DNA from: Lingula anatina | Taxonomy: Eukaryota > Animalia > Brachiopoda | NCBI GenBank assembly: GCA_051362555.1 | Contig: CM120647.1 | Location: forward strand, 20,622,651 to 20,686,650 | DNA length: 64,000 nt | Reading direction: 5' to 3' | Part shown: piece after piece, positions 1 to 12,638 of the stretch | Numbering within the stretch: the first letter of the stretch is position 1 | How the letters are laid out: the number at the start of each line of letters is the position of its first letter | Program-made: the position numbers and the translations under genes | The notes under the pieces: model-generated | Seen by the model: only the letters and a program-made list of their open reading frames with translations | Told to the model about the DNA's origin: nothing | The model's database searches: none

Positions 1-3000
1 CTCCCCTGCACGTGTCTCCACCCAGTGGGCAGTAAAGTCACCAAGGTCTGGCAACATCTTGAAAGGGTCTACAACACAAAAAATGCTGACCTTATCAAAA
101 CCACAATTATAAGAAGAGCATATTCTTGTCTTTGACTCAACACCAACACAACAGGAGCCATCCACTGTATGCGACATACAAGAGTGTAATTATATCAAAG
201 TGCAGCCTCAATATAATTTACATTGTACACACTAAGTATTAATATATGGTACCTATGTAACTGTTTGGTCATAGCCTTTGTAAATTGTGCTAGAACTAAT
301 AAAGATTATTAATATTAATAATTTGTTTTTGAATGACAGCTGTAGACAATGAGTAGCTGTAACTGACTAATTCCATGATTGGGGCTTTGAACAACAGAGT
401 GAACACACTGAAGCATATTAAAATATAGGATAGCATGTAAGCAAAATAAAAGAAACTAAACCCTATTGTTCAAAGTGCTGGCTGTGAGATAAAGCAAATA
501 ACAGGAATTATAGTGTAAGAATAACTGATTATGTAATTGTGAAGTTACCCAAATGGTCCTTACCTTCTAAAATATACCCAGACTTTGCTCCCTTTAGAGT
601 GACATCGTAACAAGACATCTCCAGTTTCTGTCTATCTGGATGACAAGATGCCACGCTGTGAGGCTGAGAGAAATATGCATAGAAATATGGCACCGTATCA
701 ATAACTCCTTCATCCAACTGTCCAGCTTGACCACCATTATCTTGGTCCAAGTTTTCCTCATGGATTGCTTCACTCATACTGTTCTGTGGGGTGTAATACA
801 CACTTTCACTTCGCTCAAAACTACAGAATGACTCAGCACTTTTGTCTTCCTCCATTTTGTCCAAGGGCTCCTCAAGGTCACTTCTCTTTCTAGTGGCCGA
901 GTGACCGCTTGCTTTTATCTGTGAAAGTAAGTTTTCAAGAGTTGAGTCTTTCCTGCAGTGGTCCTTTGCTACTCTGTGAGAGTAACAAGTAAAGGAGATT
1001 CGCCCTGCTGTTAGCAAGATGTCAAAGGGGGTGACACCCTTCAAAGGATTCACCCCTTTTTCTTGGGAGCTGAATCTCTGTGAAGATGTTGCCTCGGCCC
1101 TTTGGGTGGTGCCATCAGAAATGGTGCTTTGCGTTTCTGAAATTTCGGATGACTTAGCTTTGGATATGGCCTCTCTTGTAGCATGATGCCCCCTATCTTT
1201 TTGGCATTGTTGTTTCACTGTGCCTGATGTGATGTTAGTGGTGAAAATGTCCCAGAAAAGCCCCACCTGGTTTGTGCTGAGGTAGAAATCCATGTCACTG
1301 GTCACGTTCACTTCAGCAGAGTAGCCGCACACTATATTGGACTATAAAAGAAAAAAGTCACGTAATGCAAGGGAAAATCAGCTAAAAACATATACAAAAT
1401 AATAAGATTTTTGATTAAAACTTTTTTTTTTCATATTATTAACCTTGACTAGTCTGAAAAGAAGCACAAAAACAAAAATGAAAGTATGAAGCATAAATAC
1501 TGACAAAATCAACATACAAAATAGCAGATGTGTTAAAAATGACATATTAATAATCAAATGTCTTTTTCTGAGGAGATATACACGTGCTATGTAATCTAGG
1601 GTTCCTTTTTCAAATTTTAAACAGGAAAAAATCACCAAAAATGCCAGATTTTCTCACCTTTGTGACACTGGTTTCTACAATGGCTGGAGCAAGAACTATT
1701 CTTAAGTCACAACTGGCACACAATGGGAACACTTTTACTTCAGATTCCTCACTGAAATGACAAAATTTACAAAAAGAACCATCTCAGTCTTAGACTTATT
1801 GAAAATTTAGTTAATATCAGGGCATTAGTCAAGCGACTGTCCATCTGGCTTTTGGACTGTTATTTTTTAATGTATGTATTAATTAATCTATTCAGTTCCT
1901 CAATGGATCATGCATCCATTTTATTGATGGACTACGAAATATTCAGTTCTAATTGTCATTATAATTATTTTGAAACCTGTGCTTTTTCTGACAATGAACT
2001 CACTCTCGCTGTAGCAGCTGGTTCCATTCCAGAGCAGGATTCTGTATCCTCTCTTCCTTCTCCTCCAAACTGCCTGACCTTGACCTAGATTTTGCAATCA
2101 GATCCTTCCAACACCCTAGGAACACAGTGACATAAACAGTAAAAGAATTGGAATATCCCTCCAGAAAAAAAAGGTTAAATAATATACGTAAATTAAAAAA
2201 GGGAAAAACTAATTTCTATGTCATGGTATTATACATATATTAATGTATAAGAACAGAACCAGATGAATAACCATGTTCACCACATCTCTTGCCAAATATC
2301 ATGTTAAAAATCTCAGTTTTTGTATCATTTAAAAAATTTGATTAGAAAGGGGCAAAGAACCTGTCATGACAGCCATTCCACTGATGTCCATCTGGAACTG
2401 CCTGTCCTCTAACTCACCACCCAACTGGTGTGTGCTGTGAGACTGGAGGGCTTGGTGGTATCTGGAAATAAACAATCAATAACCTGTAGGATTTAACTTC
2501 AATAATTTCACTTTCATCAAATTAGCCTATCTATTATTGTTAATTTTATTTATTATTGTACAGAACTTCCTTATCTAAAGTGCCATGTAGAGAAAAATTG
2601 AAATTTTTTCTCATTCCTGTAGTTAATATATGATAATTTTAAGTAAGTGGAGAAAATCTCACACTGGGATATTAAGAAATAATTATTTCAATCATACCTT
2701 TCCTTGTCCACCACCAGTCGGGGCAAGGGGTTGTCAGCATGAGGTTTTAAAGTCACTGTCTCCAGCTGAACAATGCACACATCGTGATCCAAGGTACTGC
2801 ATACACGTGGACAAGACATCTGTTCCCTTGGTATAGTTGCCAAGCTGGACTGATGATCCGACTGACTGAGCCCAGAAGACATTTGTGATGGTGTACCATG
2901 GGTGGTAGACATTTGTGATGAAGTAACCTGGGATATATCTGCCTGAGATGTACAGCTTGGAACGAAAAGTCTAAAATTGCTTATGTTAAGGTAGGCCAGA

Positions 3001-6000
3001 GGGAGGGCACTGCCTGAGATAACAATGACATTTGACCTTGACCCCTTTGACCTTGACCCTGCTTCCGTTCCTCTTGGTGACTGAGAAGAGGGTAATATCA
3101 TGTTAATTGCACTCAGAATGACTGGGCAGTACAGGACAATGTCACAAGGCTGAACATTGAGACAAACCTCATTAAGATACATGCGCCCTTCACCCTGACC
3201 TCCACCCTGACCTTGACCTTGAGTGCCATCCATATTGACCTCACTGTTCATTCTTCTCAATTTATGCTGCACACTTTTACTCAGAGCTCTGGTGAAGGTG
3301 ATGCTAGCAAAGACATGGCTCTTGTCACGAGGTTTGAGCTCGTTAAGTCCGTAGAGGCTAACAATAGGCTGGTTGCTTGACGACCACAGTTTATTGGTGA
3401 TGACGTCCACCTTTTTGGTCAGCTGGTCTTGGCAGGTTAAGATGATTCCCTCAAATGGTCCTGGGGTCCACTCTCCACCAGTGCTGAATGTTATTCAATC
3501 ACAGAAAATATGAAATTAATATATCTAAACTGTTATCAGGCACATATTAACTAGAATCACTCTCAATCACTGTACTAAAATGGTCAGTTATCTGGAATAA
3601 TTTTAGGTAAACTCACTCTAGGCAGAAAAATTTATCTCCTTAAAAGTTAGTGAACCCATTGAATATATTTGTAATTTTTCAGACATGTAAAATGGAGTTT
3701 ATCAAAAGAAGGGTAGTATCATAGTCTACCTTACATACAGTATTATCTGCTTATTATATATGCAGAATTAACTATTTTATCAGGAATTTTCTACTCATGA
3801 TAAAGGAGGCCCAAAGAAAAACTTATACTAGATACTATAAGAATTTAACTCACCTCCTTGTCAAATGGGACATGCAAATGGCGCCCACTTTGGAGTTGAC
3901 TTTGGAGTAGACCTCCTGTATGTCTATAGATGTGGTGAGATCTTCCACCTCCAGAGATATACATAGGTCTGGAATAACACGTAAGGCCGGCTTTAAAATG
4001 TGTGTGTGTGTGTGTGCGCGTGCGTGCGTGCATGAGTGTGTGCCATGCCTGCTTGTGCTGGCATGTGAGTCTGCAATAAACCGTTTCCGTGGAGATTCTG
4101 TTTCTTTTACATTATACGGCACTCACATAAATTATGTGCACATGCATGTGACTGATTGTATAAGGTTTTCTCGATCATCTTCAATTATCTGATCATTAAT
4201 ATGGACATACAATCAATCACTTCAGTTAAAAAAAGTCTACACAGATGGCCAGTAAAAGTCAAGTCTTTTCACAGACCTTTCCCTGCCTTGTCCACCCCAT
4301 ACAATTTGGTGGTCAGTTTGGGCAGTGTCCACTGCAGCCACAGAGACAGTCTTAATGTGCCCCCCTGGTCAGTCTCTCTCACTGGTGTAGGGTCTCTGGA
4401 CAACAAACCATCAGAGGTGTCGGTCAGCAGGCTCTCCCCAGTGTCCATCAGACTAAAGGAGAAAATAAAAGGATTTTATTTGACTGAAATAAAATGTAAG
4501 AACTAATAAAACAATATTTATAATAAGTCTGATTTCACTAAAATGGCCTCTTGTGAACAGATGATAATAATAATAATAATAATAATAATTATTATTATTG
4601 TTGATTTTATAGAATAAATAAAATAATGGACAAGTCAAAATTATGAAAAAAAAAAAAAAAGAAATGTGTGCTATAGACATGACTCAAATGTTCAATTTTT
4701 ATTGAATGCCCATGATAATTTACTGTGGCTCCACCTACCTAGATGACGGGTCACTCCTAAACCCCTTCGGTTGTGGAGACCCTGAAGGGTCTGACCTCTG
4801 ACCTACAGGGAGTTCACCCCCAGGATACACTGCCCCAGGGATTTCAGGGTGTGGCTGACTGCTGGGTGTGGTCTTTGACCCCAGGGTATTATTGACAGAG
4901 GTCACTGAGGACAGGACGCTGTCTGACATGGACAATAGCTGACCAGTCAGTTGAGCTAGAAGCTGGACCTGGATAATATTGGACGCATAATAGCCTTGTT
5001 ATACATATATACAAAGTTTCATAACTCGGTAAGTAAATAATTAATAATCGAAAGAAACATACTGGACTTCGAAGTTTTTAAACAAATGCTTATCTTGGTC
5101 TAGGATACAGTTATTTTTAATAATACAAAGGTTAGTTTGGTGGAAGAAAAAGCAAATTTATCCTACATTTTTTTCAGTTAAGTTGACCAAATTAAAATGT
5201 TTAACATTTAGCTAAAATTTTCCATCTTCAAAGCCGTAATTCCTATTAACTGCATACCTATTTCTGTGAACACCCCATTTTTGAATGCCCCAGATTATTT
5301 ACTGTGGCTCCACCAATTAATTTCGTACCTGTTTCTGTGAACACCCAGCATGCACTGCTCCCATGTCAGCATGGACACACAAACTGAGAGAAGACAGGTG
5401 CTCTGAGGATGGAGGGTTGTATTTACTGGTCACTGCTATTGTAGTGGACAGTCCAGACGGCTTGACCAAAGGTAAAGACACCTTGCCGGGGTGTATGCTG
5501 TAGATGCTGAAGTTTGAGACCTGGATGTTCCACGGGAGCTTCTCACCTGTTATATAGAGGCAACGTGAAGGTCAGGTCAAACGTCAAGGTGACAATTTCT
5601 GCATCATACATTTTGAAAATTGAAAGTATATTGGCACGAAAAAAAAGGAACAAATAATAATTGTAGCAATTTTTGCCAAGCATTACAGTCAGAAACTAGG
5701 AAAACTTCAGAGTATGTAGCAAGAATCAAAAACATTAAGAAAACACAACTATGTTAAAATCACAATATACACTGTATATAAATGCAACTATAACTATATA
5801 ACAATCTCAATGACCACTGCATATTATAACACATACTACCAACCTGCTATAGACTGCTGTAGAAATTTAATGGGAATTTCCTGTACTGCCTCTATAGCCT
5901 TATGGCCCATACTACATAGGTGAACACTGGGCAGACTGACCACCAGGGTGTCTGGAACCCCTACTGCCCCCTGGTAGAGTAACCGGAGGTCAGTGTGTAA

Positions 6001-9000
6001 GTTGGCCGTGGGGTCCATAAAGACGAGATGACGACTTGGGAAGAAGATACAACTAGAGGATATATCAACCTGGGGAAGAAAAGGGAAGTGTTGGGTTCAA
6101 GTGATTTGGGATATAATAAATGAAGTTCTCAAAATTGATTCCTGGATTTAAAATCTGGTCTAACTGATGATGTTGCATCTCTCTCTTTTGAAAACTTCAG
6201 TTAAACTACTCAGAATACAGGTTCAATGGAACTATTTTTAGTCTTGCTATGAAATCTGTGAGGAAGATGTCTGATCATAGTAAAATGAAAAAATTTTCAC
6301 AAGTGGTCTTCCCATATTGTTTAATATGTTTCCTGTTTCTTTCTTTTTTATGATAAAAAAATGTATGTTGTTTTCAGTTATAAATACATAAGGACTGGCA
6401 TAATCTCAATTTCTAATGTATGCTGTGCATTAAGCCAGACAAATATCCACCTGTCTTTTGAACTAGTCTCCCTATTCCAATTTTGGGCTGCCATTCTTTT
6501 TTATTATAATTTGGGGAAGATGAAGCCTAGACAAGCTATGCTTAGTTAGAAAATGAATTGGGAGTCCCAATTAAAAAACAATTCTGGGTAAACCCTATAT
6601 TTGTCAAACTTAAGGATATGTCAACACTTGCCTGAACTTCCATAATCTTCACATCATGATACATCCTACTCAACCAAGCCTTCAAACCTGTCTCTCTCTT
6701 CTCTTCCCCTTCCTCTTCTCCCCTTTTCTGTTCTTTGTCCACATCAACTGGTTTTGTGTTGGTGGTGGTGGTCTGGGATCTTGAGGGGGTGCCAGAGGGG
6801 ATGGTCACAGTACTGCTTGATTTTCCTGAGCCTGATAAAAACAAAACGCTTTGTTAACCTCAAAGGTGTCAAAATTTTTGGATCACTGAATTGTTAAGAT
6901 TTTACTTGAGGTTCATAAAACACACCCCTTTCCTTTAATGGTAATGTGACATGTGTCAAAAAGATGTCAATCACTTCTTCAGGCTCAATAAACACACCCA
7001 CCTGTTTCCTTCAATGGTACTGTGGCATGGGCCAGCATGCTGTCAATCACTACCTTAGGCTCCTCCTCTTCCTGTTTGGTGTTGGGTTCATATATAATCC
7101 AGTCGTGTAACACAGGGTCCACCGTACACACAATACCCTGCACATTGGCCAGAAATACAGAGGGTGCTGAAAAATTTTTAATTAATTTTCTGATAAAATT
7201 GCACATTTCCCATGAAATGTCCCTTTGTGGTGACATGTCCAAATGGTTCTAACTTTTAAAAGACAGAGGTGGCTCCATGATATACAAATAACCTATAAAG
7301 TTCATCATACAATTTCTATCATCTTTAACAGGGATTAGAGTAACAATGGTCACAATTACACACATTATCCCTTTTCAAATCAGTTAACATTGGCTCACTT
7401 GAAATAGTCACCTTTTAAAGACTCATAATTAAGAATACTTCCCGATACAACTCAGTAAAAATAGCAATAAAACACTTTTGGCTTTTTTGTCATTTACCAA
7501 GAGGTGTGGCCACGTCTTTGGGAGTTTGCCATGTGAAGGTAATGCAATCCACACTGCTGCTGAGTCCTCCTTCAGTGTGCCTCATCTCCACCTGACCCCC
7601 CTTCTGGGCCTCTTCAGTAGCAAAGAAAGATGGTGTGTACAGTCCTGATGTGTCTACTGGGCCTGAGAGTACTGGACTGATCTCTTCCTTTTTTCCTTTT
7701 TCTGAAAAATAAATAAATGAAAATCTTGCCCAATAACTGGGCACTTTTTGTAAAATCAAAATCCTCCATGTGTGCTATATTCCCTTCTGCCAAAAAAGAA
7801 TTTGCTTGGCATTTGGTTTAAATTTAACACACAAGAATTAGCCTAGAATATGAGTTACTCATTCAGTTATTAAGCAATTCAGTTCTTTAGTATTTATCAA
7901 TGCTCATTAAGGCATAGTGGCAACACATGACACAAATCATAACAATTTTCAATAATTTTCAACAATAAACTTGGTGAGGAGATCCCCAAGTATGGTCATG
8001 CCTAGGACAGACTTACCCCTTGTCAATACAGCAGCATATATGGACCCTAGGATACCACTGGCTGCTCTGTCTGACGACGTGGAACATCTCTTCCACTCCA
8101 CTCCATTAACACATATCTCTAACACTGGCAGGGAACCTAGAAAATAGAACATATAATCACAACACAGTGACTACAGAATCTACAGGCCTGTAGCCAGGGG
8201 GTTTCCGGGGTTTGAAAGAAATGCCCTTTTTGTCGGAAAAAGGTCCATTCTGAATAAAATTTGATCAAGGTATACAAAGGTTTCTTTGTTAAAGGTCCAC
8301 TTTTTCAGTAAAAGACCCCCCCCCTTTTTTTAATTTGCTGGCTACAGTCCTGATCTAAGAGGTGTGGTTGCCTACTGGGTATGTACCACCAACTGTGCTG
8401 AGCAAATTTTAGACTTAACTGCCAATAACAATGCCAATGACAGTCACATAAACACTTGCATCAAAGCTGCAGATAGCACACATAGTCATAACACTACAGG
8501 ATCAGAGAGGTTTGGCTATCCTCATGGTATGTACCGCCTGCAGGGTTGAGCAAAGTTTCAAATGAAATTTACAACCAATTATGAATCAGCAAAAATTGAC
8601 AAAATAGTTCTTAAAATTTCCTAGGCATGTTAAGATCCTCCAGAACAGTGACATAATAATTAAACAATAGTCAGAAGAGTCTTAACAGTTACATGTCTTT
8701 CTATCAGGTGAAAGACACTGGATAACTACAGTAAGCAGAACTTAAAATTTGCTCATCCTATTTGCAAATTCAGTTCTTTGATCATGTCACATGTACTCCA
8801 ATTCTTTTTTGTCTAGTTTAGGATAATAATAATAATATTGGCTGAAGACCTTACCGTGTCTACTGAAGACATCATCCATTAAGCTGGTCTGTAGTAGTTT
8901 GCGAGGTTCAGGTTTATCTACCTTCCATGATGCCAAGTGGTGTAGTGCCAACAACAGCTGTGCCTTGGTTCCATTCAGTGTTATAGAGGGGAGTTCCCAG

Positions 9001-12000
9001 GTAGACTGCCACCTTACCTGGTGTAGATCCTTCCTAGAAGTGAATTACATTTTAATTAGCACCTTCTTTTACTTACAGAAGAAATCACTTGTGTCTGGCA
9101 TGAAAATAAATAAAATAAAATGTGTGCCTTAGAACCAATGCATAAAGTAAAATATAATTAATAAAACAAAACAAAACAAACAACTATTATTATACAAAAT
9201 AAGAAGAATTTCATATGTCGAGTATGTTGTATGAATAGTACCATCTTAAGAAAATTAAATGGAAAATATTTTATATTTCAATCTGCAGTTTTTCACAATT
9301 TTCAGTTACTCCAACATATCATGAATAAAACAAAGGATTGTTCATATTCAGTCTTCACATTTTCAAAATACCCAGGCAAATTTTCATATAATATGTCCTT
9401 CATTACAACTGTACATAAAAGTATCATCTTCAATCGTAACACTTAAGTTACCAGTAGGGATTCAGGAGAAGAGTTTTCCTGTAGTAGGCCCCACTCCATG
9501 GCTGCACCAGGTTGAATGTAGTCTGCGCCACCTGCTGGTGGGGGTCCCAACAAGACAAGCCCATCTGAGCACCAAAAACCTGAAACCACCCAGTTTCTAT
9601 GTACAAAATATATCATCAGAATACACAAACAGTACAATTAATACTTTCCTTTGAATCTGTATCATTTTGTATCATTCAATGTGACTTGACAACAAGATTC
9701 AAATTGGTAATTTTCAGCTCCATTTCATGGTGACAAATATAAATGCTTTGATTAATAATTGTATAAAAGAACCACAACTGTATAAAGTCTTCCATTTGGG
9801 ACAGTGTCAGTTATGTTAGGTGTTATGACTTCAGATGTTACAGTAAATGCTAGGTGTGACAAAGTCCACCAGGTTGGATTATGTCATGGGTGACAAAGTC
9901 TGTCATGGGCACCAACTTACCTTCACTGTGGTATGTGAGTGACAGTGGTCAAGCAGGTGGTTGGAGGCAGCCATAGCACTGACCAACTTACCTTCACCGT
10001 GGTATGTGAGTGACAGTGGTCAAGCAGGTGGTTGGAGGCAGCCATAGCACTGACCAACTTACCTTCACCGTGGTATGTGAGTGACAGTGGTCAAGCAGGT
10101 GGTTGGAGGCAGCCATAGCACTGACCAACTTGACCACTCGTCTGGCATACATGGGTCTGTTGATCTGGTAATCAAATCTCTGGGCTTGAAACTTTAACAC
10201 TGGTAGGATACAAAGCTTGGGGGCAGACTTCTGCTTGGTGGAACTCTAAAAGAAGAAAGTTCTGAGTTAAAACTGATGTGAACAGGGACTTTAAAAGGAA
10301 GACAATTGCCAGAGAGCTTATTGTAATCAGTTTAGGTGGGTTGTCCTAAAAAATGTCAATCCAAAGGGAAACTCCCCTTAGAGATAAAGATGAAAATTAT
10401 GCCTTTGTTGAAATATGATTTTCGTAATTTTTCATTCTAGACAAGTACAACTACAACATATTTTACAGCTGGTCTTGAGACCTAATTGACAAAAGATCTT
10501 TAGCCCCCCAAAATGGTCAAACTTATCTTTCACACCAAATCTTTAGTCCACTTTGATCATCCTCCTTCCAAAAACAATTGTTTTAAAAATGAAACCTGCC
10601 TTTCTAGCTTTTCTTGGAGTGGTAACCCTCTTCTTAGCTATGTCACAGTCATTGTGATCTGCACCCATGTAGAGGATGGTGGTATTCTGAAGGGTGACGT
10701 GGTACGACTGTGTGGCGATAAACTCTTCCATCAGTGCCACCTGGTGTTCTGTAGGATGTGGGCGGTTCTCATCTACCACTTCTGAAAAAGCAAGATGAGT
10801 TCACCTTAAGTAAACTATGGCACACCCCATGAGGATAATCCATATCCATAGAAAATGATACTAATTTATTTTTTCAATATAAGGATCCCAGATTCAGTGG
10901 CAATTGTAATAATTTCTCTCACTCCTAAATAACTGTCTTTCCTGAAAATTTCATCAAAATCAGGTTTTCAGGTTAGATAGCTTACATAATATAAGAAAAA
11001 GTAGAGATAGATTTAATAGTGGTGATCTGAATGTCAAAAAACTGAAATGTCCCTGACATAAATAGCACTTGCTATTTTTAAAAATTACCTGGCTTTGGCT
11101 TAGAGTAAGGCTCATACTCATGATCATAAGCACAGTGCAGGAACTTCCGTATCCTGTGGACCATACTGCTACTGACCACTAACTGACCAGTGCCAAACAA
11201 AAACTTCATGCTGGACAGCTCCTTGTAGTTATCATCTGTGTGCTGGGTGAGGTGAGTACTGCTACTGCTGGCACTGCTTGCTGTAATACAATACAATACA
11301 ATACAATACAAAACAATACAATACAATACAATGCTGGACAGCTCCTTGTAGTTATCATCTGTGTGCTGGGTGAGGTGTGTACTACTGCTGCTGGCACTGC
11401 TTGCTGTAACACAATACAATACAATACAATACAATACAATACAATACAATACAATACAATACAATACTATACTAAGTCTATGTAATAAAACAAGTATGTT
11501 ATTATACAATTATAGTAGTACACTTCACATGTCACACTGTTTAGAATGTAACAACGTATTAATATACATAGCAATTTGGTAATGTGCAAGTGTTTTATGT
11601 GTGACATTGTGTTAGGGTGACAGTGCGGTGGAAATCAGTTGATATACAAGCAAGAATATGTTCAGTGTGGCAGTGTGTTAGAGGTAATGTGTTAGGTGTG
11701 ACAGTGAGAGGTATGGCATTGTGTTAGGTGTGACATTGTAAAATAGCAGTGTGTTAGGTGTGGCAGTGAGAGGCATGGCAGTGTGTTAGGTGTGACAGTG
11801 AGAGGTATGGCATTGTGTTAGGTGTGGCAGTGAGAGGCATGGCAGTGTGTTAGGTGTGACAGTGTTTTACAAGTAAAGTAATCTACACTCACCCCTAGAA
11901 CTGTGGTGACTGGTTCTTCTATGGGAGTCTCTCTCCTCCATGGTGTAAAGATAGTCCATCCAAAATGCTCCAAACCTTTGGGTGGCATAACCTTCTGTGA

Positions 12001-12565
12001 ATCTAAATGATAATTTACTTAGTATCAATGAGTTTTTAGTCAAGAAATATGCAACCGAAATGTCTGTTCCATTGCAGTGTATTGCATGTACTAGGTCAAT
12101 GTACTAGTTAAATACATGTTTTTACTGTGAAAAGGGAGTTCTAATACAGCCTAATAACTGTAACTCACTTTTTCTTGTGTTTCTCCCTGTCGAACAGAAA
12201 CTCAGATTTCTCCCCTCTATTCTCTGGACTATGGGTGTCAAACAAGGAGTTGCTGATAAAGTTTACAAGTTTTCCATCCAGAGAGGAGTTGCCCGTTTCC
12301 AGGAAACAGGGGTCCTAGAATTGTGAAGTAATATCCTGTACTTATTGTCCACAACAGGCTATAGACATACTGACACTGTACATACTGTAATCATAACTGA
12401 TGTGATATTCATCAATCCTTTTTTTTCCTCACTTATATTCCCCCTCCCTCTCTTCCTCCACCTCTCCCTCTCTTCTCTCCTCATTGATCCTGCTCCCTTC
12501 TGTCACTTCCTCTTTCTCCCTATATCTCTTCCTTCATTTATCTCTTCCTTCCTTCCTCCCTCCCT

Positions 12566-12638
<73 letters not shown>

